A stretch of DNA of 63,823 nucleotides, counting the filler, from Lenisia limosa (lineage: Eukaryota; Protista; Breviatea): the NCBI GenBank assembly GCA_001655205.1. It is 12 parts of 12 records of this genome, joined end to end, with 100 filler letters (N's around TTAATTAATTAA, not from the genome) between each part and the next. Parts side by side here need not be neighbours in the genome. Positions count along the whole stretch, not along the records: positions 18,208 to 26,689 come from LPNZ01009574.1; positions 26,790 to 32,245 come from LPNZ01009817.1; positions 32,346 to 47,371 come from LPNZ01007890.1; 9 more parts are not named here. One strand, given 5' to 3'. This document shows, piece after piece, positions 25,180 through 36,049 of the stretch (positions are counted from its first letter, which is position 1; each line of letters starts with the position of its first letter). The notes under the pieces were generated by a model. It ran no database searches, was not told where the DNA came from, and saw only the letters and a list, made by a program, of their open reading frames with translations. The position numbers and the translations under genes were made by a program.

Positions 25180-26500
25180 GTTAAAAAAAATCCGACTTTT
25201 TAACGGTCACAACCCAATCAATGCTTAGAGCCGTTCCAAGCATACTTTTGGCTTTCTTCTCTAGACATTGTGATAGACTTGGCGAATAAGGTGGCCGTTG
25301 GCCAATAATAATTCCTTTCAAGATGTGTTTAGGTATAGTTGAAGAGGAATAAGGATATTGGAAGACCTTGAAAGGAAAAACCACCAAGAAAACCCACTCC
25401 GTATAAAAAGATGCATGAATAGAGACAGTAATATTCAAAAAGACACTATAAAACAATAAAATGGAAAATAAAACACTTATAAAACAGAAACACGAGGAAT
25501 AGGGGCTGGCCAATTGAATCCTGGGGCAGCAGCAAAGTGGAAAGATTCCTCCCCGACCTACAAATGTGTGGACGCTCTCCGAGATGAGGTTTGAAATGTG
25601 CAGGGCTGACTTTTGATGGAAGGGTGTCTTCAACTGGTGTGAGCCTTTCTGTGGTTCAGCTTATTTAAATTTGGCTCGCAGTGAAAAGATACCATGGAAA
25701 CAATTCCCTTGCCAATTTAAACCCAATGCAACGTTTTTTTAAAAAATCTTCCCATAAGAAATTTGGAATGCTTTCAAAGGTAAAAACAATCGAAAACTGA
25801 CTGATAAAAAGAGACATCTGAAAGCACAGCCTTCTTCAGAGGATTGGAAAAGTCTTGATTCCTTCTGAGCCATAACACGTCTGAAGAAAGACAAACGCGA
25901 GGTTTTGGTCGATACTTTCTGAATAGGGTTAGAAATTAATTTAGTGAAAAAGCAGCTTACCACTAGTGACAGCTTCCTGGTGTCCTCGAATGAATACATT
26001 AATGTATTCAACAAAAAAACAGTTTGTCAAATATCGAGAGGAACAACTTTACTTTGAATAGAGATATGAATACTTAAGTAATTATACTCCAAGGCGACAG
26101 TAATGTTTTCCAAACGGAGCGAGTCCGGATTGATCGCAAGCCCATCATCCCCATCAGGAGGGTTAGTTAGCAGAGTTATCAAATCGTCGTGAGGGTCTAC
26201 AATGAGGAGATCATCAATGAACCGAAATGCGTTGTGAAAAGAAGAGAAAAGAAGAGATTAACGGAGATTCAGGCGGAAGTGATTCAATAAAGTCCCGTTC
26301 AAAAGAATAAAGGCAAATGTTAGCCAGCAGAGGAGCTGTGTTGGTTGGTTCCCATTAGAATGCCAATTTTCTGATGAAACACAAGAGACCCGTTTTGGAC
26401 CACAGTATTTTAAACCACAAACTTCAAAAACCCTAAAATCTGATAAAGTGAGAAAAGATCTTTTGACGTGTGTTAACGGTATGCCTCGTATCCGTTTTTT
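25180..26500 (-). mobile_element. Decayed Penelope-like retroelement (RT pseudogene)
   Basis: After removing a 4-bp (26341-26350) and a 10-bp (26236-26255) duplication it reads FHQKIGILMGTNTAPLLANICLYSFERDF...SFHNAFRFIDDLL. The thumb motif FPFKVFQYPYSSSTIPKHILKGIIIGQ lies at ~25300-25380. In-frame TAA at ~26410; no introns. Confidence 0.85.
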
Positions 26501-26689
26501 TTACATTCACCCAATCATTTGCCTCGTACCCGTTTTACTGTAATTCACTCAATCATATGCCTCTTAACTGTTTTACTGCTGGTGTAGGTCGTATTTATTT
26601 TATCTCCCCCTCTCACCAAAAAGGGCGCTAGTATCGACCAAAACCTCGCGTTTGTCTTTCTTCAGACGTGTTATGGCTCAGAAGGAATC
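25857..26689. repeat. 60-bp inverted repeat (25857-25916 / 26630-26689)
   Basis: GATTCCTTCTGAGCCATAACACGTCTG...GGTCGATACT is the exact reverse complement of the scaffold-terminal 60 bp. Confidence 0.9.
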
Positions 26690-26789
26690 NNNNNNNNNNN
26701 NNNNNNNNNNNNNNNNNNNNNNNNNNNNNNNNNTTAATTAATTAANNNNNNNNNNNNNNNNNNNNNNNNNNNNNNNNNNNNNNNNNNNN

Positions 26790-28619
26790 AAGCTCATGCT
26801 CTTCCCTCGATATGGCCAACCTGGTTAGAGGGACTGGCGTGGAGTAGTTTAATGAGGAGCTGCAGGGAGTCGCCTACAATGACACCTCCACTCGAGATTC
26901 CTCCCTGTTGTGCGTGAAGGAAGCATGTGTAAACATACTGAGGCCAAGAGAAATATCCCATCATAGTAGGTATCAATGAGAAATACAATCCCATTTCCTT
27001 CGTGTGCCACTTTACATGAGCATACCTCAACTTCAATGATTTCAAACACCCTGTCAAAGCCACCCTGTGCTTATTAATACTCTCAACAAATTACAAAATT
27101 GAAAGAGAATATTGTGATAGATATCTCAATACAACTTCAATTATACTATTGTTTATCATAATCCACGATAAAGAAAAAGACAATACTAGATTTCAAACCT
27201 GGAAAGCCACCAGTTTTTGAATGTCTTGGTTGTCTTCCACCAAATGTGTTAGAATCAGCAGCGACTCTGTCAAAGTCAAAACCCACTCAAAAACCCACTC
27301 TGATGCAAAGCAACACTCCGTCATAATAAAGAAAACCCTATTTCAAATAAAAAGTCCAAAATGCGGTTTTCTGTTTCATCCAAGGCATACCATTCCTCAG
27401 AGCCTCCTCTCTGTCAGCCAGCAAGTCCATTACCTCAGCCAAGGCATTGGGGAGTGTTAACATGGCCGCAGCAAGTTCCTTGCCGCTAGAGGAGGGGGGT
27501 AAGGACAGGATGAAAAAAAAGGTGATTTACCAATTAATAAAACATAGAGTATCCTTGGTCTATAGAAACAAACAGCGTTATTGAGAAACGGATTGACCAA
27601 AACAGTTTCACGTGAGAAAGAGCTGTTCAAACCAGATTCCTTGAATAGCAGTAAGCAGTTGACTTGCAAAGTAGCGGGCATAGAACACACGTTGGCTGAG
27701 GGCTGAGATGATTGCTCCAAGATTGGTTGTGTCCTGAGGTTTTTAGCTGATGTGCAATCTTACTCTACTCTTCACTATTCTATCTCCATTAACTACGCTA
27801 TATTCCAAGAATAACTTCACTCTTTCATGTTCATTGATCCTAACTAGGTTATAATACTAGGTACTAATCAACGCGTAACCTTATCATACGTATACCCCCC
27901 TCTCCCACCGGGACACCACTATCCTCACATATGTTAATCAGACCCCGGACCTTGACCAGCCACAGGGCCGGAGCGGTGCATTGCTCGTCCGGAGACGGCA
28001 CATACGTCACAACGTTGATGAGGGTCTCCAACGAGGCGACAATGAGATCTGGTGTGTCTTGGTCGTATCGAAGAACGTGGATGAGCGAGGGGAGCGCAAC
28101 TGCTGCCACGGACTAAAGAGGTGAACAGAGAATAATGTAGGTACGGATGGTCAGTCGAAAAGAAGTGTTGAATGACTAATATGGTATGTTATGCCAAAGT
28201 GGAGAGAGAAAAAAGGAAAGTCGCGAGATAACAAATGAATGATGCTAAATCAACATAAATATGATGACACATTAGACAAAATCAATCGAAGCACTTGGGT
28301 AGTTGAATCCATGTAACCAGGATAATTAATGATCAGAATTGAGACAAGAGGGAGGCACAAAATAGGTTCGTTAAAATTAATACCCTCTAATATAAAACGC
28401 TATTTTCCCCATATGACATCATTGGGAGAAAGTGAAAGGGAAGAGGGAGTTCTTGTCAGATACCTTTTGGTTTTCGAGGGAAATGTTGCGGACGTTTTGG
28501 ATCTCCTTGAGCCTTTGTCCCTTTGATCCATCGCCAACAACGATATCCAAGGATGTTTTGACGGCGTTCTCACTCGTATTAGTGGGAACACCCATCAAAA
28601 TATTGCCCAAATTCATCAT
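26790..28619 (-). CDS. USO1: Golgi tether p115/USO1 head domain (5' part)
   Basis: ALPSLIHVLRYDQDTPDLIVASLETLINV, ALAEVMDLLADREEALRN, LTHLVEDNQDIQKLVAFQ|GGFDRVFEIIEVE|GGISSGGVIVGDSLQLLIKLLHASPSNQ, matching the USO1 head motifs in order. Confidence 0.9.
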
Positions 28620-28954
28620 TTTGCCACTTCTTCTACTGTATTATTACGAGAAATCAATTTTCCTACGTTTAATGGTAAAAAGGAGCTAAAATTTGAAAAA
28701 TCAATTTCAAAAAAACAGTTATAACCGCCCAGTGTTTATTTGCTCTCACCTTTGACCTCGGAGGGTTCTCTCTCTAACCTCCAAGCTTAGACCTCCAAGG
28801 CNNNNNNNNNNNNNNNNNNNNNNNNNNNNNNNNNNNNNNNNNNNNNNNNNNNNNNNNNNNNNNNNNNNNNNNNNNNNNNGAATGAAATCTTTTTGGAATT
28901 GAAACACAAGAAAACCATTTATCTTCCTAAAAATACAAGACCTAAATACACACA

Positions 28955-30862
28955 CTACTCCCTGTCGTCCTCGAGGTTGATCTGTTTGCCAAACTTGGCG
29001 TATAGCTCAGTCTTAAGCTGTCCCATTTCGGACATGATTTCTGGAGTGGGTAATGCGGAAACCTCGATGAAGAACGAGTGGGAATGTCGGTTCCAATAAA
29101 GTAGGACCTCCGCTTGTTAAAACGAGGAAAGTATGAAGGGCCTATAAACAGAACCAAGTATCCACCACCCAAGGTTATGAAAGTATGTAAATGTAATAGA
29201 AATTTATGTGGAGGGGGGGGGGGGGGGNNNNNNNNNNNNNNNNNNNNNNNNNNNNNNNNNNNNNNNNNNNNNNNNNNNNNNNNNNNNNNNNNNNNNNNNN
29301 NNNNNNNNNNNNNNNNNNNNNNNNNNNNNNNNNNNNNNNNNNNNNNNNNNNNNNNNNNNNNNNNNNNNNNNNNNNNNNNNNNNNNNTCAATTTCCTTGGT
29401 CAGCATTTCCTCAGCGTCTTCGGGGGACAAGTTGAAGTATGAGTTGCCGATACGGTATCTGGGGGTGTTAACCGAAGGAAATTGCAATGAAGAGGAAATG
29501 CTTGAAAGCGAAAACAATAAAAACGTTTAAATCAACTCTGTTCCGACAAGTAGGGGTTGGAATCAACAAAAAAAACAAGACACATACAGTTTTTAGGAAT
29601 TGATGGAGATGGAACTGATGAATAACCAGGTGGGGGTAANNNNNNNNNNNNNNNNNNNNNNNNNNNNNNNNNNNNNNNNNNNNNNNNNNNNNNNNNNNNN
29701 NNNNNNNNNNNNNNNNNNNNNNNNNNNNNNNNNNNNNNNNNNNNNNNNNNNNNNNNNNNNNNNNNNNNNNNNNNNNNNNNNNNNNNNNNNNNNNNNNNNN
29801 NNNNNNNNNNNNNNNNNNNNNNNNNNNNNNNNNNNNNNNNNNNNNNNNNNNNNNNNNNNNNNNNNNNNNNGGTCTCCAACATGCATGATTAATTAATACT
29901 TCCCTATGGTCCTGATAGGTCGAAAACATTCATAGTTACCTGGGGCACCCACTTTATGACCTCCACTTCATCTTGGAGCATGAGTTCGGCTTCCGCATCG
30001 TCAAGGTTCTCAACACGGGCCTAATTGGGGGTAAACANNNNNNNNNNNNNNNNNNNNNNNNNNNNNNNNNNNNNNNNNNNNNNNNNNNNNNNNNNNNNNN
30101 NNNNNNNNNNNNNNNNNNNNNNNNNNNNNNNNNNNNNNNNNNNNNNNNNNNNNNNNNNNNNNNNNNNNNNNTACATACAGGCTTCCTGAAATAAAATTTG
30201 GCGACAATGGGATAACAAAAAAAGTAAATTTCCCACGTTGTCTTATTCCAAGTTCTAAACCCTGAAGGAGTGCAGGCTCTTAACGCATAGATATGAATGC
30301 GATCTTCCAGATACCTTCATTCGTTCCTCATAATACATCTATGTCGAAATATACGTTACAATTATATCTACTATGCACAGTGTGTTTTTTTTTAAAAAAA
30401 AAAACCCTTGTTGTAATTCTGCATTCCTAGGTTAGCAATATCATATGATATAATAAATAAATATAATTGAAAGAATAAAAAAAAACAAAAAAACAACACA
30501 AACGCAAATGTATTAACAAAAGAGCGACCAACCAGCATGTGTAGTAGAAGCACCAGCCCAAATAATAATTACAGAAGGCCCAAAACAAGGATCGTTTGTA
30601 GAATAGTGGATATGGAAAAGGGAGGAAGGGAGAGACAAGATGGTCCAAAGTTTGGACATATTCATTAAAATGGGGAACTAAATCAGCAAAAGGAAGCCTG
30701 CACACCTTAACTGCGCTCAAAGAAGAAGATGTTTCCCTTCTTTGGAGATTTAAGATACTGAATCTGTTGATTTTGACCTGATCTTCATATGTGACGTCAA
30801 CAACGGGCTTCTGTGCGGGTGCCTACGAATAAGAACTTTGAAAAAAAAAGAACACCTACCAT
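28955..30862 (-). CDS. PFDN4: Prefoldin subunit 4
   Basis: M|APAQKPVVDVTYEDQVKINRFSILN...|ARVENLDDAEAELML...KYRIGNSYFNLSPEDAEEML...MGQLKTELYAKFGKQINLEDDRE*. Confidence 0.93.
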
Positions 30863-31287
30863 GTTTTGTAAGTAAGTCGGGTATACGGGATCAACAAGTG
30901 CTAGACAAGTACAGGGATGGTGCTAAGAGGCTTCAATTGATCAAAAATCAGTGTAAAAGGGAACGTTATAAACCCCACAGGGGGAATTGGATTGCAAAAA
31001 GCGTAATTACCTATTATTTGTCGCCGGTGTAATTTAATAACATAATTAATATATTTTAATAGTAAATAGACATATATTTACATTTTTCCGTAAGCTAACA
31101 GCGATTGTCCGAGTTCGGGTGGCTCGGAGCCGATACGAAATCGTAAATGAAAAAAAAAAAATGCAAAGGCCTTTTTGTTGGTTTATTGTTTTAGTTTGAC
31201 TGGTGTGACTTTTTAATAATATTTTGACCGAGAGAACGATCAATAAACTGACAACCGCAGTTTTTTAAAGGTTATTGAGAACCAACA

Positions 31288-32245
31288 ATGACTTCCTCCA
31301 GTACACTAAAGCCAGTGGCTGTTACAGATAAAAATGAGAATGTTGACCCAACAATTAGGTGAGAACCGGTTTTCATGTGGAGACAACATCCCTCATTGCA
31401 TGTCTTGTGAGCCATTCTCCCAGATATAGCGACAATTTCAATGAAATGTGATGTTTTGGGTGTTTAATACTTTCCTCATGTTCAAACTATTTGACTCATT
31501 GTTCTCCATTCCAGCGAACTCACCCTCTGCGAAGAGACAACAGCCCCCCCTGCTAACGAAAAAGAAGAGGCGTTTGTGGGGATCTGGAGATGGGGTTGTG
31601 TATGTGATCATCGTCTGTCAAATGCCTGCCTTACCCCGATTTGGAAAAGGAAAAGGGGGCTTATGATTTTAGGGGTATCGTAGGGCCTTATGGCGGCAAA
31701 ACCCTTGACTATATTTCAATTTACTGCCATTTTAATTTGATGTAGAGGATCATGATTTTTCACTCTCCAGTGGATTTTTTTCATTTTCAAGGCCTTTTTA
31801 TTGATTTTTTTCGGGCTCTGGGCTCTTCGAGGGCATGACTCAACCGGATACTTATATATATATATATATGTATATGTTGGTAATACCTAGAGGCCAGATG
31901 GGGTGGAAACGTTGGTACGTTTGATATAATATATATCAATATACATATCATATCAACATATCGATAAATTGTTTTATTATTATATATGCATATACTATAT
32001 CATATACTACATGATATGGGGGTGGGGGGTAGGCAAGTATTTCAACAGTTGGGATGCTGTGTACTTATTTGTTTTATTTTTGCGCTTACCTTATGAGTGA
32101 TACTAGTTCTTTATTACTTTTAGCTGCCTTATTAGGAAAGGATGTTATTCTATAATAACCTTATTAGGAAAGGGGGATGCTACTTGGGCTATGAACGAGC
32201 CATGGTTCGGATGAATGACGGCATCAGAAAGTTCTATTACAAGGT
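31288..32245 (+). CDS. 5' part of an unknown gene
   Basis: MTSSSTLKPVAVTDKNENVDPTI followed by a GTGAG donor; further short exons at ~31512, ~31890 and ~32170. Confidence 0.4.
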
Positions 32246-32345
32246 NNNNNNNNNNNNNNNNNNNNNNNNNNNNNNNNNNNNNNNNNNNNTTAATTAATTA
32301 ANNNNNNNNNNNNNNNNNNNNNNNNNNNNNNNNNNNNNNNNNNNN

Positions 32346-35300
32346 GAAAATGGAAAACGATTTGTATGTAATCCCCCTCTCCGAACCTTATCAGCAATCT
32401 GGCTATAGGCAAGCTTCTTACGGTCCTTCCTAAGGGACTTTGTTTCCAATATAGTGACTGACGCGTTATGGCCATTTGCGAGCCAAGTTAGTTGGTCTTT
32501 GGCTGTGACAAGGTCTTCGCACGTCATGAGCTGCAAGGAGTATTATTTGGTATCATATGCCCGGCTTTCGAGTCGAAATGATGAACGAAGATAACACGAC
32601 GGTTCATTCCGAGTTTATCAGAGTTAGGGACTTCCTTACGGTACAAAAAAAACGGTATTTCTCGAAAAATCCTCGAAACGAATCGATATTTTGCCGGTCT
32701 TTTTCGAACCGTTGGAAGTCCTAGTTTATGCATAAGTGGTATATGATCATATGCCCGACTTTCAAGTCAAAATGATGAACGATGATAACATGACGGTTCA
32801 TTTTGAGTGTAGCCGGTCAATACCCCTCTCCCGCACTTTCAAAATATCATCAACAGTCATCAGTAAATCGGTCTCGATTCTTAAAACCTCCGCAACCTTC
32901 ACTTGAACGTCCTGAACAATCATGATAAGAGAATAGTCTTGATAAGAGGCTGCTGACAAGAGAATAATCATGATAAGAGAATAATCATGATGGGTGACTT
33001 CTTATGCTTAGATACTTAATATGCTGGCAAAATTTTATTTTGTTTACATTTAAGATAATTTAGTTTCTGATACCCCCACGACTCCGCCTTAAAAGCCTGG
33101 TTTAATCATATACCCAACTAGGGCTTCACTTCGATTCGAAAAAAACCATTAAAAATATCGATAGTTTTCGAGGATTTATCGAGAAATTCAGTCTTTGAAC
33201 CGAAGTGCGGCTCTGACGGTTCTTGGCCGCTGAGGACTGGAAACTATTTAGACATAAATATTCGATGACTTTTGTTCATAAATCTCCTGAAATCAGTTCA
33301 TTTAGCCTCCTATAACACCTTTTTCTGAGGTAAAGGAGTCGAACTTTTTCAGTTCCAAGATTTCCAACTCCCTGCGGCCAAGTGAAGCTCTAACTACAAC
33401 TCCCACCTGAAGGTCCTGGTTTATTCCACCAAGATGCTGCATGCTACTCAACATGAAGCCGTGTTCCAGCGACACCTTTGCCATTGCAATCTATATCATG
33501 GATAAACAAGGTATCATAGTAAATCCATCAATTAAATCAAACAAGATAAGGCTATCTACATTCCGTCAATACGGTCAAGAGAAGGCCTCCCTACCTTAGA
33601 CCTCCCCCTGACAGAGCTACATCCGTATTGACGGAATGTAGACAGCCTTCTCCTTTTTCTTCTTTATAAACCCCTCGACCTTTACACAATATTCGCGGTG
33701 CGCGATGCGCATGCCGGTGTTCTCATGGGTATAGGTGTGACGATACGGCGGCGCTGCGATCTGCAGCATCACCTTCGGAGGAGCACTGGTCTTGTCGGAC
33801 CGGATGAAGTAAGGCACAAATTCTGGGGGTGAGAGGAGGAAGTTCATACTAAAGGGGAGGGGGGAAGAAGCAAAACGGGAATTGCATTCTAAAGAAAAGA
33901 GAGGGGGCAGTGGGTTGAGAGAAGGTTTAGTAATTTCTGTAAAATATAGGATTCCACTTTTTTTTTAGATATGATGGAGAACAATACAGTAGTTTGGGTT
34001 TTGCTGTGTGTTATCAATTAGCATTACTCACTTGTTGTTTTCTTGGCAGAGGGGAAGTGCACTGATTTGACAACCAGGTAGACAATGAGGGACTGTTGTG
34101 TTTTGTAATGCGATGCTCCTGTGCCTGGAGGGGGGGGGGGAGTAAAATTGGAAAAACATATGAAACAAAAAAAAAGAAGCCCAAATCAACGTTNNNNNNN
34201 NNNNNNNNNNNNNNNNNNNNNNNNNNNNNNNNNNNNNNNNNNNNNNNNNNNNNNNNNNNNNNNNNNNNNNNNNNNNNNNNNNNNNNNNNNNNNNNNNNNN
34301 NNNNNNNNNNNNNNNNNNNNNNNNNNNNNNNNNNNNNNNNGAGTTGAATGAAAACAACTCCATTGAAACTAATTTTTTTATAGGAGAAAAGGAAAAGGAG
34401 AACAGGAGGCCTCGTATTTTGGATGTGAGCAAGGTTGTTGCAGTGAGCTTTCAATTTGGTATTATTTCAATAGAACCCAAGCAGGATTCAGTAATTTTTT
34501 GAAGTTGCTGGTGAGCTATATGCATCACTTTATGAAGTTGCTGGTGAGCTCTACGCATCACTGTTTAGAAAGAGGATATCGCAATGAAGGTGAAACGAAT
34601 AATGGCCTCAGGAAGCCTCGGGCTCCCAAAGTTTCACGAGATGATGACCTTATGGTATGATTCAATTTTGGCAGATTGTTTTTTATTTTTGGAAAATTAG
34701 CATTGGCGTCAATGGTGACAGAGTTTCATTAAAAGCTAGTTCTTACAATTCAAAAAAAAAGTGTCAAGTGTGCAATAAGTGGCATAAATATGCATGTAAA
34801 GCCTCATCCAACAACACGGGCACGTTTGTCTATGGCCTCTGCTTGAAGAAATTTACTTCTCCCAGATGTTACGGACACACATTATTAATTCGTGGCTTCT
34901 CTCACCAATACAGAACTGTTCATTCAGCTCAAGGAGCTTCCTTTTGATGCTCCTTGTTACAAACTTACCTCATTGTTGTTGCTCTTTGGACATGTACAGT
35001 TGTTGTTTAAGCCAGGTCTTAATTAGCTGTAGGGATGCTTTTTAATAGCCATGCTATTTCTCCCAATTTAGGCATATCGATTTTCCGATTGTCTTTAATC
35101 GTGTCTGAAAATCGCCTGAAGAATAGAGTACGTAGAAATGAGAAATAAAGAAGCTATCAAACCACAATAATTATTATTCAGAAAGAAGAAATAAAAAATA
35201 AGTCCGGAGGCAATTAACATCATCGCGCTGACCGATGCGGAATAATAAGGATATTAAGAAGGATACTGTGAAGAAAAAGTTGAACTTCAAAGATAAACAC

Positions 35301-35491
35301 ATATAACACAGGAAAATATGATCAAAAGAAAACAGAAATAAAAATAAATATGCTTTGAAAGCACCCGTACATCGATGGTACAGATCAAGTGAGCTGAGGC
35401 TGACGGATTTCTTCGGTTCAATGCGATGAGACTTCTCGGGGGAATCTGGCGATGAGATACGTATACGCGGTGAAATTGGTGAGAAAGGCAT
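32346..35491 (-). CDS. Putative type II membrane protein, possibly glycosyltransferase-like (partial)
   Basis: MPFSPISPRIRISSPDSP..., a hydrophobic segment GLVSAMMLIASGLIFYFFFL (~35180-35250), then luminal exons (EFVPYFIRSDKT..., VGVVVRASLGRRELEILE, TCEDLVTAKDQLTWLANG). The GT61-like resemblance is weak. Confidence 0.4.
32625..32723. mobile_element. MITE family C, subfamily C2
   Basis: TAGGGACTTCCTTACGG...CCGTTGGAAGTCCTA. Confidence 0.8.
33119..33215. mobile_element. MITE family C
   Basis: TAGGGCTTCACTTCGATTCG...GAACCGAAGTGCGGCTC. Confidence 0.8.
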
Positions 35492-36049
35492 ATTATACTA
35501 TACGTGGGAATCGGGGCTAAAAAGGTATGTTATTTTCCATGTTTGATTGTTGTTGCAAGTAAAATAGTCTACTAGTAAACTATACTGGTATGTGCAGTGC
35601 AATATAGGAAAACTATTTTATTGGATACATAATGAATAAATGTTATGGATCTTGGCCCTAAATAAGTATGTAAAATGAGATGAGAAGAAGTGTGAGTTAA
35701 AGCTGCGCCCAACAAACTAATACCGCACTGGGGAACGAACATCTAAAAAATCAATGCTACGGAAGCTAGGTCATTGAATTGACGGATGTGGTGGTAGTAT
35801 AATATATCTTATCCTAATAGAGTTGAAAAATGAGAGAATAACACGGAAAGTCAACAAATGAATGATGGTGGCTGGATAAAAAAGATAACTGAGGGGGGGG
35901 GGTGGGGNNNNNNNNNNNNNNNNNNNNNNNNNNNNNNNNNNNNNNNNNNNNNNNNNNNNNNNNNNNNNNNNNNNNNNNNNNNNNNNNNNNNNNNNNNNNG
36001 AATGTAAGTATCAATTAATTAAGGAAGAAAAATACAAGTAATATAGATA

